In this document: positions 24,655-40,395 of the stretch, one piece after another
Layout: each line of letters opens with the position of its first letter
Numbering within the stretch: position 1 is the stretch's first letter
Assembly (NCBI GenBank): GCA_964016885.1
Contig: OZ024753.1
Coordinates: 11,780,001-11,844,000, forward strand
Length of the DNA stretch: 64,000 bases
DNA from: Eledone cirrhosa
Lineage: Eukaryota
Reading direction: 5' to 3'
Position numbers and translations under genes: made by a program
Notes under the pieces: generated by a model
The model's database searches: none
What the model was told of the DNA's origin: nothing
The model's input: only the letters and a program-made list of their open reading frames with translations

Positions 24655-25050
24655 TATATATTGGTAAACGGAATAGAAAATGCTGACAAATTGTTCACAG
24701 TTGAAAAATGGTTTAATTAGGAATAAAAGAGTATTAGTGATTGTATGGGTTAGTATTCAGTTGTGGTTTTAAGTTTTTACCGGTTGCGCATTTCTAAATG
24801 CTTTTCAAAAATAATTTTGAGATAGAGTGTCCGTGCTGTTTGCTCAGATCAGAGCAAACAGCACGGACACTCTATCTCAAAATTATTTTGGAAAAGCATT
24901 TAGAAATGCGCAACCGGTAAAAACTTAAAAACTTAAAACCACAACTGAATACTAACCCATACAATCACTAATACTCTTTTATTCCTAATTAAACCATTTT
25001 TCAACTGTGAACAATTTGTCAGCATTTTCTATTCCGTTTACCAATATATA
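24655..25050. repeat. ~190-bp near-perfect palindrome with a 6-nt loop
   Basis: Arms mirror each other around ...TGTTTGCTC-AGATCA-GAGCAAACA...; the visible differences are one substitution and an 8-nt duplication. Confidence 0.95.
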
Positions 25051-25339
25051 TATATATATATATACATATATATATACACACACACACACAAATGGAAGTA
25101 CAGCATATTCGAAGCACGAGCCGCAGCTAAGCTTTTATTATATATATTTCAAGGGTACGAAAAAAAAAACTTTGGTACGCGCTCATCAGATAAAATACAA
25201 AATTTGTTTTATAAATGGTGACATACCCCAGAAACCAGACCTTATCGGTTCAGGTTCCGTTTGGATAGATAGTGAAAGGAAAAGTAAGTAGAAGCGTAGA
25301 CTGAAAAAAATCGTCATATTTAGACGATATGTAAATTTA

Positions 25340-26116
25340 AATAATATATATATATATACATATATACACATACATATATATATACACATACATACATACA
25401 TATATATATATATATACATACATATATATATATATACACATACATACATATATATATATATACATACATATATATATATATATACATACATATATATATA
25501 TATACATACATACATATATATATATATACAAATACATATATATATATATATACATACATATATATATATATATACATACATATATATATATACATACATA
25601 CATATATATATATACATACATATATATATACATACATACATATATATATATATACAAATACATATATATATATATATACATACATATATATATATATATA
25701 CACATACATATATATATATATATATACATACATATATATATATACACATACATATATATATATATATACATACATATATATATATATATACACATACATA
25801 TATATATATATATATACATACATATATATATATATACACATACATATATATATATATATACACATACATATATATATATATACACATACATATATATATA
25901 TATACACATACATATATATATATATACACATACATATATATATATACACATACATATATATATATATACATATACATATATATATACATACATATATATA
26001 TATATATACATACATATATATATATATATATACATACATATATATATATATATAAACATACATATATATATATATATACATACATATATATATATATATA
26101 TACATACATATATATA

Positions 26117-26171
<55 letters not shown>

Positions 26172-26247
26172 ATATATACATACATATATATATATATATA
26201 TACATACATATATATATATATATATACATACATATATATATACATAC

Positions 26248-26326
<79 letters not shown>

Positions 26327-26424
26327 CATATATATATACATATATATATATATACATACATATATATATATATACATACATATATATATATATATACATA
26401 CATATATATATATATATACATACA

Positions 26425-26460
<36 letters not shown>

Positions 26461-26597
26461 CATACATATATATATATACATACATATATATATATACATA
26501 CATATATATATATACATACATATATATATATACATACATATATATATATATACATACATATATATATATACATACATATATATATATACATACATAC

Positions 26598-26632
<35 letters not shown>

Positions 26633-27071
26633 CATACATATATATATATACATACATATATATATATACATACATACATATATATATATATACATACATA
26701 TATATATATATATATACATACATATATATATATATACATATATATATATACATACATATATATATATATATACATACATATATATATATATATATACATA
26801 CATATATATATATATACATACATATATATATATATACATACATATATATATATATACATACATATATATATATATATACATACATATATATATATATACA
26901 TACATATATATATATATATATACATACATACATATATATATATACATACATATATATATATATACATACATACATATATATATATACATACATATATATA
27001 TATACATACATACATATATATATATACATACATATATATATATATACATACATATATATATATATACATAC

Positions 27072-27102
<31 letters not shown>

Positions 27103-27163
27103 CATACATATATATATATACACATACATATATATATATACATACATATATATATATACATAC

Positions 27164-27194
<31 letters not shown>

Positions 27195-27324
27195 CATACA
27201 TATATATATATACATACATATATATATATATACATACATATATATATATACATACATATATATATATACATACATATATATATATACATACATATACATA
27301 TATACATACATATACATATATACA

Positions 27325-27355
<31 letters not shown>

Positions 27356-27381
27356 ATACATACATATATATATATATATAC

Positions 27382-27415
<34 letters not shown>

Positions 27416-27539
27416 ACATACATATATATATATACATACATATATATATATACATACATATATATATATACATACATATATATATATACATACATATATA
27501 TATATACATACATATACATATATACATACATATACATAT

Positions 27540-27570
<31 letters not shown>

Positions 27571-30500
27571 CATACATATATACATACATATATATATATA
27601 TATATACATACAACCATATATATATACATACATACATACACATACATACATATATATATATACACACATACATACATATATATACACACATACATACATA
27701 TATACACACACATACATATATAGACACACATACATATATAGACACACATACATACATATATACACATACATACATATATATACACATACATACATATATA
27801 TATATACATACATACATATATATATACATACATACATATATATATACATACATATATATATATACATACATATATATATATATACATACATATATATATA
27901 TACATACATACATATATATATATACATACATACATATATATATATACATACATACATATATATATATACATACATACATATATATATATACATACATACA
28001 TATATATATATACATACATACATATATATATATACATACATACATATATATATATACATACATACATATATATATATACATACATACATATATATATATA
28101 CATACATACATATATATATACATACATACATATATATATATACATACATACATATATATATACATACATACATATATATATATACATACATACATATATA
28201 TATACATACATACATATATATATATACATACATACATATATATATACATACATATGTATATACATACATATATATATACACACATACATACACATATATA
28301 TATATACACACATACATACACATATATATATATATACACACATACATACACATATATATATATATACACACATACATACACATATATATATATATACACA
28401 CATACATACACATATATATATATATACACATACATACACATATATATATATATATACACATACATACACATATATATATATATACACATACATACACATA
28501 TATATACACATACATACACATATATATATATACACATACATACACATATATATATATATACACACATACATACACATAAATATATATATACACACATACA
28601 TACACATATTATATATATATACACACATACATACACATAAATATATATATACACACATACATACACATATATATATATATACACACATACATACACATAT
28701 ATATATATATACACACATACATACACATATATATATATATACACATACATACACATATATATATATATATACACATATATATATATACACACATATATAT
28801 ATATATACACATACATACACATATATATATATACACATACATACACACATATATATATATACACATACATACACACATATATATATATACACATACATAC
28901 ACATATATATATATATACACATACATACACATATATATATATATACACATACATACACATATATATATATATACACATACATACACATATATATATATAT
29001 ACACATACATACACATATATATATATATATACACATACATACACATATATATATATACACATACATACACATATATATATATACACATACATACACATAT
29101 ATATATATACACATACATACATATATATATACACATACATACACATATATATATATATATATACACATACATACACATATATATATATATATACACATAC
29201 ATACACATATATATATATATATACACATACATACACATATATATATATATACACATACATACACATATATATATATATACACATACATACACATATATAT
29301 ATATACACATACACATATATATATATACACATACATACACATATATATATATATACACATACATACACATATATATATATATATACACATACATACACAT
29401 ATATATATATATACACATACATACACATATATATATATATACACATACATACACATATATATATATATACACATACATACACATATATATATATACATAC
29501 ACATACATATATATATACACATACATACACATATATATATATATACACATATATATATATATACACATATATATATATATACACATACATACACATATAT
29601 ATATATATACACATACATACACATATATATATATATACACATACATACACATATATATATATATATACACATACATACACATATATATATATATACACAT
29701 ACATACACATATATATATATATACACATACATACACATATATATATATATACACATACATACACATATATATATATATACACATACATACACATATATAT
29801 ATATATACACATACATACACATATATATATATATATACACATACATACACATATATATATATACACATACATACACATATATATATATATATACATACAC
29901 ATATATATATATATACACATACATACATACATATATATATATACGCATACATACATATATATACGCATACATACATATATATATATACACATACATACAT
30001 ATATATATATACACATACATACATATATATATATACACATACATACATATATATATATACACACATACATACATATATATATATACACATACATACATAT
30101 ATATACACATACATACATATATATACACAGACATACATATATATACACATACATACATATATATACACATACATACATATATATACACATACATACATAT
30201 ATATACACATACATACATATATATACACATACATACATATATATATATACACATACATATATATATATACACATACATACATATATATATATACACATAC
30301 ATATATATATATACACATACATATATATATATACACATACATATATATATATACACATACATATATATATATATACACACATACATATATATATATATAT
30401 ACACACATACATATATATACACACATACATATATATATATATACACACATACATATATATATATATACACACATACATATATATACACACATACATATAT

Positions 30501-30994
30501 ATATATATACACACATACACATACATATAGATATATACACACATACATATATATATACATATATACACATACATATATATATATACATATATACACACAT
30601 ACATATATATATACATATACACACACATATATATATACATATATATATATATACACACATACATATATATATATACACACACATATATATATACACACAT
30701 ACATATATACACACATACATATATACACACATACATATATACACACATACATATATACACACATACATATATATATACACACATACATATATATATACAC
30801 ACATACATATATATATACACACATACATATATATATATACACACATATATATATATACACACATATATATATATACACACATATATATATATACACACAT
30901 ATATATATATACACACATATATATATATACACACATATATATATATACACATACATATATATATATATACACATATATATATATATATATACAC

Positions 30995-31025
<31 letters not shown>

Positions 31026-31315
31026 TATATATATACACACATATATATATATATACACATATATATATATATACACACATATATATATATATACACACAT
31101 ATATATATATATACACATATATATATATATACACATATATATATATATACACATATATATATATATACACATATATATATATATACACATATATATATAT
31201 ATACACATATATATATATATACACATATATATATATACACACACACACACACATACATATATACACACATACACACATATATACACACATACATACATAC
31301 ATACACATATATACA
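25340..31315. repeat. ~6-kb (TA)/(CA) compound microsatellite
   Basis: Almost uninterrupted alternating purine-pyrimidine tract; source of the 900-2000 aa spurious ORFs. Confidence 0.97.
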
Positions 31316-31550
31316 TCATCATCATTTTGACCAGATTCGCACATTCCTGACAAAGTTGCTCCACGATTCATGTTCTAATACTCGTTGCAACTTCGCCCTA
31401 CTGAGGTTAATATCGCCGGAGTATTTTCCGCTGAAGGTTCAAGCAGGTCCTTCTCTATTGTCTCTCCCGTGGTTCCCACAATAGTAGCTTCTATATAACT
31501 CCCTGTATACTTTTCCCGCAATGTCTTGTAAACCGTAACACTTATTCAGC
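31316..31550 (-). mobile_element. Degenerate LINE (RTE-like) 3' end with (TGA)n tail
   Basis: Minus strand reads [30 protein letters not shown] followed by TGATGATGATG. Confidence 0.4.
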
Positions 31551-31949
31551 AATTGTACTTCTTATCTAAGACATTGTACTTCTTATCTAAGACACGTTTC
31601 CGTATTAACTGTCATTTTTAATACCTTCATGCCAGATTAGATTTTGTACAACTCATAGTATTTTACTGTATGCACCGCAGTCATGTTTACTTACTAACCG
31701 CATGCTTGTCAATCAATGTCTCTTCTAATCGTTTTGCTCTAGTAACGAGCACATTTTGTTAATATTCCTACTCAGCAGTTTTGATTTTAGTTTTACACTC
31801 CTACTAATAAATGCAATACAAATAGACACTTAACATGTAACATATCTAACATTCCCACTCGTCTATCCTTTGTACTCTCCTAACAGTCACACTTTACCAA
31901 CTTTCACGCATTTACTAACTGCTGCGCTCTCTTAAATGTTATCCCTTCT

Positions 31950-32625
31950 TATTCAAATCCCGCCGAGGTTAACTTTGCCTTTCATCCTTACGGGGTCGAT
32001 AAAATAAAGTACCAGTAATGTGCTGGGAAATTTGCTGGCCTTGTGCCTAAAGTAGAAACAATTATTTATACTCTCTAGGGCGGTGAATGGCAGTATCGAT
32101 TGAGAGTCGGTCACTTTGTCTGGTGACATAGTTACGGCCCTTTATGTTCAGAGTTCAAATCCCGTTGAGTTTTAACTTTGCCTTTCATCCTTACGGGGTC
32201 GATGAAAAAAGTACCAGTAATGAAACGGGTCAATTTAATCGACCTTCCCCTCCTCTAAAATTGCTGGCATGTGTCTCTATGAAAAACCATTATTTGTACC
32301 CTCCTAACAGTCATACTTTATAAATCTTCTCATTTTCTTAAATGTCCATACACTCTTATTATTTGCGTCCCAAGGTTGCTAGATTGGCAATAATCGACAG
32401 AGCGTCACACTCGAGGCTTTGCAGCGTAGTTACCTCCCTTTACGTTCAAGGGTTCAAATCCCGCGAATGTTAGCTTTGCCTCTCCTCCTTCGTGCCATGG
32501 TTAGCGTTGTCATTCAACATTACGGCGGTGATAAATAAAGTACCAGTAACGAACTGAGGTCAATTTAATCGACTTTCCCTTCCTCCAAAATTGCTGGCCT
32601 TGTGCCTAAATCTGAAACCATTATT
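31950..32625 (+). mobile_element. Cluster of three family-1 SINEs
   Basis: Cores near 31980, 32180 and 32530 with B-boxes and tails. Confidence 0.82.
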
Positions 32626-33268
32626 TGCCCCCTAGCCAATAACGGAACGTATATGTGGTTATGCTTCCAACTGGAAATATCTGCCAGAACCCAACTGGAA
32701 ATATCTGCCAGAACTCAACTGAAATAACAACAATCGTCTTTAAATCAAATATTTGCACTTGGCAATGTAGTTTGGTTTAGAATATATATTTTTCAAAAGA
32801 AATATTGACTGTTAGAAAGTCTGCTTAAACAGTGCCAACGACATGACCAACAACAACTTCAAGATGAACAACAACAACAAAAATTTGAACTATTTTCAAT
32901 CAATCTCTGCTAACGATTGACTTCTGTTTAAGCTTCTGCTTTATATACAATTGTACTTTATAAGTTACAATCAGAAAAACAATTTGATTAAAGGAGCGTG
33001 AGACATTTTAAGACAAGATGCACATAAAATAATATGCAGAAAGCGTACATGCATATAAAGATTGTCATATATTCCACATATAAAATGCATACGTATTGTG
33101 CACGGTATATATTTGCATGTCTGATTGAATGAATGAATTTGTATTCAATGTGCGTATCCTTCTTCATAGTAAATAGTGAGTAGGAGTATAATATAGCTAT
33201 TGAGGAAAACATACCTTGTCCTCTCTCGCCCGTTATATATATAGACGTGCATGTGTGTGTGTGACCCG

Positions 33269-33329
<61 letters not shown>

Positions 33330-33444
33330 AAAATAAGAAACGAGATGTCCGACACGGTGAAAGAAATCGAACATGCAACTGGAATGTTTTTAAGAATATT
33401 TATTTATTTATTTGTTTCCTTAAAAAGACTCCAGTTATATATAT

Positions 33445-33505
33445 AAGTATTGAGTACTCTGGTGCGTTATGGTCCATCTGGTTCCTTACCACAATTCCTT
33501 TGCTA
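33445..33505 (+). mobile_element. Family A element, 3' tail only
   Basis: TAAGTATTGAGTACTCTGGTGCGTTATGGTCCATCTGGTTCCTTACCACA between (TA)n runs. Confidence 0.75.
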
Positions 33506-33682
33506 TATATATATATATATCATAAATCATGTCCTTAGAATTATTAGATAAAATATATACTATTTCCTTTCCCAATTAGCATAATTAACCATATAAAAAA
33601 ATCAATTTGACCAGGCTATAAGAATAAAGGCTCCTATGAAGAAATATTTGATAAATAACCGAAAGTGTGTGTGTGTATGTGT

Positions 33683-33805
33683 GTGAGAGAGATGGAGAGA
33701 GAGAGATGGAGCGAGAGATGGAGCGAGAGATAGAGAGATGGAGAGATGGAGAAAGAGAGATAGAGAGATGGAGAAAGAGAGATGGAGAAAGAGAGATAGA
33801 GAGAT

Positions 33806-33840
<35 letters not shown>

Positions 33841-33932
33841 AAGAAAGAAAGAGAGAGAGAGAGAGAAAGAAAGAGAAATAGAGAAAGAGAGAGAGAGAAA
33901 GAGAAAGAGAAAGAGAGAAAGAAAGAGAAAGA
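33683..33932. repeat. (GA)n purine tract
   Basis: Directly visible. Confidence 0.9.
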
Positions 33933-35164
33933 TCTGTTAAGACGTAATTTATTTCTCTACGCGTGAGAAGTAATATGTAGAGAGGAGCCACATACAGTCT
34001 TACTCAACCGTGACTTAAGGCCAACTAGTGTATGTCTTGTGATGTTATATACACTTTTTGCATTTTACTCTCACCTATTAAAGTTCAGAGGTAGCTATAG
34101 TTCATAAATAGCGCAATAACTGTAGCCGAAATGTAGGAGCACAGGTTCAACCTGGAAACCAAATATCAGATAAGTTCTCAGGGTGGAAAAAACGAGTTAG
34201 GTGAGGAGCAATATCAATGTAATATTGACTGTCTTGTTTCATTATCAGGTATGTTTTGCATCAGGAATATGAAACAGAATGACGAAAGGTGAGAAGGAGT
34301 AGATATCAGGAAATGCTGCGAGATCTTGCTGCGGCACGACATAAGTTATGACAATTCTGCTTCTTGTAAAACTGGTCAACTCCTTACAGCAAATCCAATA
34401 TTTCTTGGAGAGATTTGAAAGATATGCCACCCATATACTAATCTTCGTATTCGCTAGACTTTGTTCCATCTGAATTCTGATTGTTCCCGAAAATGCCATT
34501 GAAAGGGACCTGCTCTTAGAACCGAGATAGCATCATGCGGATGGCGACGGTGGAGCGGGGAGCATCATTCAAGATGGGGTTCGAACGTCACTGCGTTAAG
34601 TGTGTAGAGGTACGAGGAACTATGAGGAAGGGGATTAGCAATTGAAATCCAGCACATATGTCATTGTTAGAAACATCATCATCTGCCTCTTCTACATTGT
34701 TCTTTCTCTTCTTTCTACACTTTCTACACTTTATCCCTCACTTCATCTTCTTCTTCTTCCGATGATAGACTAACGTCAGATACGTTGCGATATTCTTTAT
34801 CCTTTTCTACGTTGGCTCATAACTAAAGAAGCATTTGTAGGAAATATAAAATAAAAAATGTAAAAATATAAAATGAAATAAAGAAATTAAACAAAGGAGC
34901 GGCAGAATAAAATCCCAGTCAAGGAAGTATGTTTCAGCTGCAGCCGTGGATAAAATGGAGAAAGCAGCACTGCGGAGATCAGTGGCACTCCCTACATCAG
35001 CCAATCTAGCTAAAAATGTTTCTTCTCTTTTGGATTGCGCTCCTCTAAAAATAGCTGTTCGATGACTGAATATATAAAAGGTTTCTACGGCACCAAAAAC
35101 GTTTGTGCCTATATATATATATATATATATATATACAAAACCTGTCAAAGGGCAAAGGAGCTCT

Positions 35165-35542
35165 TAAGAGTCAATGGCCATCTAAAATCACCGGAAGAGA
35201 TGACCCCTTAGCCTTTGTCAACGCAGAATTCTAGGAGAAGGAAAACTCTGATATAACACCTGCAACCCTGATGGTATCCAATGATGTTGACTTGTTCTTC
35301 TTTTTGGTAAATATCATCTTGGTTAAGAGAGTGGGACTGGCTTTGTGCAGTGCCTTTGCTCACTATAAAAGCTTCACAGCACAGGCATTGCTTTATATCT
35401 GGAGATCCCTCTGCACTTGTCATCACACGGTACCATGGGCCCAGCACTGTGTGTCAATAATTGTCACAAGTGTAGTGTTTGTACCAGAGTTTTCAAGTCG
35501 CTGGCTGGACTAAAAAGTCACACTCGTTCAGCGCATCGGTAG
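35165..35542 (+). mobile_element. Short RTE-related element: RTE-like 5' motif plus terminal C2H2 zinc finger
   Basis: CTAGGAGAAGGAAAACTCTGA motif (~35231) resembles RTE 5' UTRs; 35465-35542 reads HKCSVCTRVFKSLAGLKSHTRSAHR*. Confidence 0.5.
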
Positions 35543-35867
35543 GAGTTCTACATGGATATAAAGTAGTGGCCGTACTCGAAAACGAGTTGGCAGCCACCAT
35601 ATAAAAATGGAAGTACAGCATATTCGAAGCTCGAGCCGTAGCTAAGCCGACGAATGCTTTCAGCAGTGCAGCCAAGCACTCGACAAGGTATAGGACCTCA
35701 GAGTAATAACATACAGTTTAAAGGGCTTTGCAAGTTGAAGATAGCGATCGGTAGTTCTGCCGCGGGTCCGTAGCAACGAAAGAACTGACTCGCAAAAAAA
35801 ATACATACATATATATATACACACACATATATATATATATACAAATATATATGTGTGTGTATGTGTG

Positions 35868-35916
<49 letters not shown>

Positions 35917-36611
35917 TTGTGTATATATATATATATATATATACATACACACACGCACACACATTTGTATATATACACACACACATATTTGTATATATAT
36001 ATATATATACATACATACACACCATATATATATGTACATGTTTATTATGTATGTATTTACGTAAGTGTGTGCGCGTGTGCGCTTGTGTGCGTGCGCGCGC
36101 GTGCGTATAAATATATATATATATATGCGCGTCAATATAAATATATAATTATAATGTATATATGGTATATAATATGTGTCTTTATATTATATATCTCACA
36201 TTGGTATTGAGTAGTTTCTGGGTGATAAATGTTCATTGAGTCACACACACACACACACATACACACACACGTACGTACACGAACACACGCAGCACACAAA
36301 CACACACGCACACATACATACACACACACGTACGTACACAAACACACGCAGCACACAAACACACACGCACACGTACACACAACCATATCTCTGGTGATGA
36401 GGGCGATGATGATAATAAAGACGGGAGTGTCGTAAACGGTGACTACGTTTAGGACAGGTGGTCGCTTCATGCCGTTGTTGGCTGACATTCTTAGTGAAGG
36501 GGGTTAGAAGGGGGTTAGGGAGCAGGTGCGGCTGCGCAGGTGCGAGGGAAAGCAGTTAGTTGAAGGTGTTTCTTGTGTAAACTTTAATTGACAAAGTACG
36601 ACAGATGACGA

Positions 36612-38300
36612 GTGAGCAGTGGAAGCAGCACTACTAGTATCAACAGCAGTACCAGTAGTAACAGTAGTACCAGTAGCAGCAGCAATATCAACAGCAGCAG
36701 TAGCAGCAGCACAACAGCAGCAGTAGTACCAACAGCAGTACCAGTAGTAACAGTAGTAACAGTAGTAGCAGCAATACCAACAGCAGCAGTAGCAGTATCA
36801 ACAGCAGCAACAACAGCAGTAGTAGTACCAACCAACAGCACTACCAGTAGTAACAGTAGCAGCAGCAATATCAACAGCAGCAGTAGCAGTTCAACAGCAG
36901 CAACGACAGCAGCAGTAGTACCAACAGCATCACTAGTAGTAACAGCAGTACCAGTAGTAACAGCAGTAACAGTAGCAGCAGCAATACCAACAGCAGCAAT
37001 ACCAACAGCAGCAACGACAGCAGCAGTAGTACCAACAGCAGTACCAGTAGTAACAGTAGTAACAGTAGCAGCAGTACCAGCAACAATACCAACAGCAGCA
37101 ATAGCAGTACAACAGCAGCAGTAGCACTACCAACAGCAGCAGTAGTACCAACAGCAGTAGCAGCAGTAGCAGCAGTACACCAACAGCAGCAACAACAGCA
37201 GTAGCAGCAGTAGCACAGCAGCAGTACCAACAGCAATAGCAGCAGTACCAACAGCAATAGCAGCAGTACCAGCAGCAGCAGTACCAACAGCAGCAACAAC
37301 AGCAGTAGTACAGCAGCAGTACCAACAGCAATAGCAGCTGTACCAGCCGCAGTAGTACCAACAGCAGTAACAGTAGTACCAGCAGTACCAGCAGCAGTAG
37401 TAGCAGCAGCAGTAACAGCAGCAGCAGTACCAACAGCAGCAGTAGCAACAGCAGCAGCAGTAGCAACAACAGCAGCAGCAACAGCAGCAGTAACAGCAGT
37501 ACCAAAGGCAGTAGCAGCAGTACCAATAGCAGCAGTAGCAGCAACAGCAGCAGTAGCAGCAGTACCAACAACAGTAGCAGTAGTACCAACAGCAGTAGCA
37601 GCAGTTACAACAGCAACAGTAGCAGCAACAGTAGCACCAGTAGCAATAGTACCAATAGCAGTAGTAGCAGTGCCAATAGTAGCAGCAGCAGTAGTACCAG
37701 CAGCAGCAGTAGCAGCAGTGCCAATAGTAGCAGTAGCAGCAACAGCAGCAGTAGTAGCAGCAGTACCAACAGCAGCAGCAGCAGCAGCAGTAACTGGGAT
37801 CATTAGATGCAGTGTTTGCAAAAGGTGTAACGACAGTAGTACTAGTAGTAGTATCATCACCAGCAGTAGTATTAGCAGCAGCAGCAATACTATCGGTAGT
37901 AGTATCAACAGTAGTAGTATCAGTAGCAGCAGCAGCAGCAGTAGTGGTAGTAGCAGCAATAGTAGTAGCAACAGTAACAACAACACAGAACCAACAACAG
38001 CAGCAGTAGCAGCAACAACAAACAACAAACATCAACAGCAGCAGTAACAACAACAACAATAGTAACAAGAACAACAACAGCAGCAACAACAACAGCGGTA
38101 ACAACAACAACAGCGGTAACAGCAACAACAACAGCAGTAACAACAACAACAACAGTAACAACAACAACAGCAGTAACAACAACAACAGCAGTAACAACAA
38201 CAGCAGCAGTGACAACAACACAGCAGTAACAACATCAACAGCAGCAGTAACAACAACAACAACAGCAGTAACAACAACAACAGCAGTAACAACAACAGCA
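36612..38300. repeat. Degenerate (CAG/TAG/CAA)n trinucleotide array
   Basis: Directly visible. Confidence 0.92.
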
Positions 38301-38302
38301 GT

Positions 38303-39860
38303 TTAACTCATTTATTGTTGTAGCTGCTATAGTTGTCTAACTCATTTATTATTGTTGTTGTAGCTGTTATAGTTGTCTAACTCTCATTTTTTATTATTGT
38401 TGTAGCTGCTATAGTTGTCTAACTCTCATTTATTGTTGTTGTTGTAGCTGTTATAGTTGTCTCTCATTTATTATTGTTGTTGTAGCTGTTATAGTTGTCT
38501 AACACTCATTTATTATTGTTGTTGTAGCTGTTATAGTTGTCTAACTCTCATTTATTATTGTTGTTGTAGCTGTTATAGTTGTCTAACTCTCATTTATTAT
38601 TGTTGTTGTAGCTGTTATAGTTGTCTAACTCTCTATTATTGTTGTTGTAGCTGTTATAGTTGTCTAACTCATTTATTATTGTTGTTGTAGCTGTTATAGT
38701 TGTCTAACTCTTTTATTATTGTTGTAGCTGTTATAGTTGTCTAACTCTCATTTATTATTGTTGTTGTAGCTGTTATAGTTGTCTAACTCTCATTTATTAT
38801 TGTTGTTGTAGCTGTTATAGTTGTCTAACTCATTATTGTTGTTGTAGCTGTTATAGTTGTCTAACTCTCATTTATTATTGTTGTAGTTGTCTAACTCATT
38901 TATTATTGTTGTTGTAGCTGTTATAGTTGTCTAACTCTCATTTATTATTGTTGTAGCTGCTATAGTTGTCTAACTCATTTATTATTGTTGTAGCTGTTAT
39001 AGTTGTCTAACTCATTTATTATCGTTGTTGTAGCTGTTATAGTTGTCTAACTCATTTATTATTGTTGTTGTAGCTGTTATAGTTGTCTAACTCTCATTTA
39101 TTATTGTTGTTGTAGCTGTTATAGTTGTCTAACTCTCATTTATTATTGTTGTTGTAGCTGCTATAGTTGTCTAACTCATTTATTATTGTTGTAGCTGCTA
39201 TAGTTGTCTAACTCATTTATTATTGTTGTAGCTGTTATAGTTGTCTAACTCTCATTTATTATTGTTGTTGTAGCTGCTATAGTTGTCTAACTCATTTATT
39301 ATTGTTGTTGTAGCTGCTATAGTGGTCTAACTCATTTATTATTGTTGTTGTAGCTGCTATAGTTGTCTAACTCTCATTTATTATTGTTGTTGTAGCTGCT
39401 ATAGTTGTCTAACTCATTTATTATTGTTGTTGTAGCTGCTATAGTGGTCTAACTCTCATTTATTATTGTTGTTGTAGCTGCTATAGTTGTCTAACTCTCA
39501 TTTATTATTGTTGTTGTAGCTGCTATAGTTGTCTAACTCTCATTTATTATTGTTGTCTAACTCTCATTTATTATTGTTGTTGTAGCTGCTATAGTTGTCT
39601 AACTCTCATTTATTATTGTTGTAGCTGTTATAGTTGTCTAACTCATTTATTATTGTTGTAGCTGTTATAGTTGTCTAACTCTCATTTATTATTGTTGTTG
39701 TAGCTGCTATAGTTGTCTAACTCTCATTTATTATTGTTGTTGTAGCTGCTATAGTTGTCTAACTCTCATTTATTATTGTTGTTGTAGCTTCTATAGTTGT
39801 CTAACTCTCATTTATTATTGTTGTTGTAGCTGCTATAGTTGTCTAACTCTCATTATTGTT
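38303..39860. repeat. ~37-42-bp minisatellite, roughly 35-40 copies
   Basis: Unit TTGTAGCTG(T/C)TATAGTTGTCTAACTCTCATTTATTATTGTTG. Confidence 0.95.
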
Positions 39861-39861
39861 A

Positions 39862-40058
39862 TTGGCAGTATCGCTAGAGGGTCGGACACCATGCTTTGAG
39901 GCATAGAGTTACGGCCCTTATCATTCTGAGTTCAAATCATTCTGAGTTCAAATCCCGCCCAGGTTAACTTTGCCTTTCCTTCTTACGGGGTCGATAAAAT
40001 AAAGTACCAGTAATGTACTGGTTTATTGCTGGCCTTGTGCCTAAAGTAGAAACAATTG
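39862..40058 (+). mobile_element. Family-1 SINE with duplicated B-box
   Basis: ATCATTCTGAGTTCAA occurs twice in tandem; core and tail present. Confidence 0.85.
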
Positions 40059-40194
40059 TTGTTGTAGCTGTTTAAATCTCATCTATTTACTGTTATAGCT
40101 GTAGTAGTTGTTGTTTATGGCTTAAGCTATTACCATTTAAATTACTCTGTATTTACTATTATATTTGCACGGGAAACACTTTATTTCACATAAT

Positions 40195-40341
40195 TATGTC
40201 AATATTGAATCTATGAGATTTTCATATATATTTTCATAACCATACCTTAACATAAGTGTGAGTAGCGAGTGATGGGCGGTTTGAACAGACAGGTGGCAGA
40301 ATTCTGGCCGGATATGGCCGGTTAAAATGCTAAAGGGTTAA
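40195..40341. mobile_element. piggyBac-type MITE end
   Basis: Ends GGCCGGATATGGCCGGTTAAAATGCTAAAGGG|TTAA (CCCTTT-type terminus next to TTAA); related copies at 17226-17780, 41397-41555 and 44216-44277. Confidence 0.6.
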
Positions 40342-40395
40342 CTCAAGGCTTGTATGGTAGGGAACACAGTAGAAAACTCTTAGTATGGTAACAAA

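Noticed and set aside
25186-31371. ORFs of 920-2014 aa
   Set aside because: Translations of a TA/CA microsatellite (Y/I/C/V/M only); no coding signal
34245-34499. 84-aa ORF
   Set aside because: Only faint resemblance to CR1/L2-type LINE 3' ends (CCKELTS, AFPDIYS); too decayed to call and not a credible gene
36584-38295. Mucin- or antifreeze-like Ala/Thr-rich ORFs (also 41587-47512)
   Set aside because: Degenerate trinucleotide repeats open in several frames on both strands; no splice or start context
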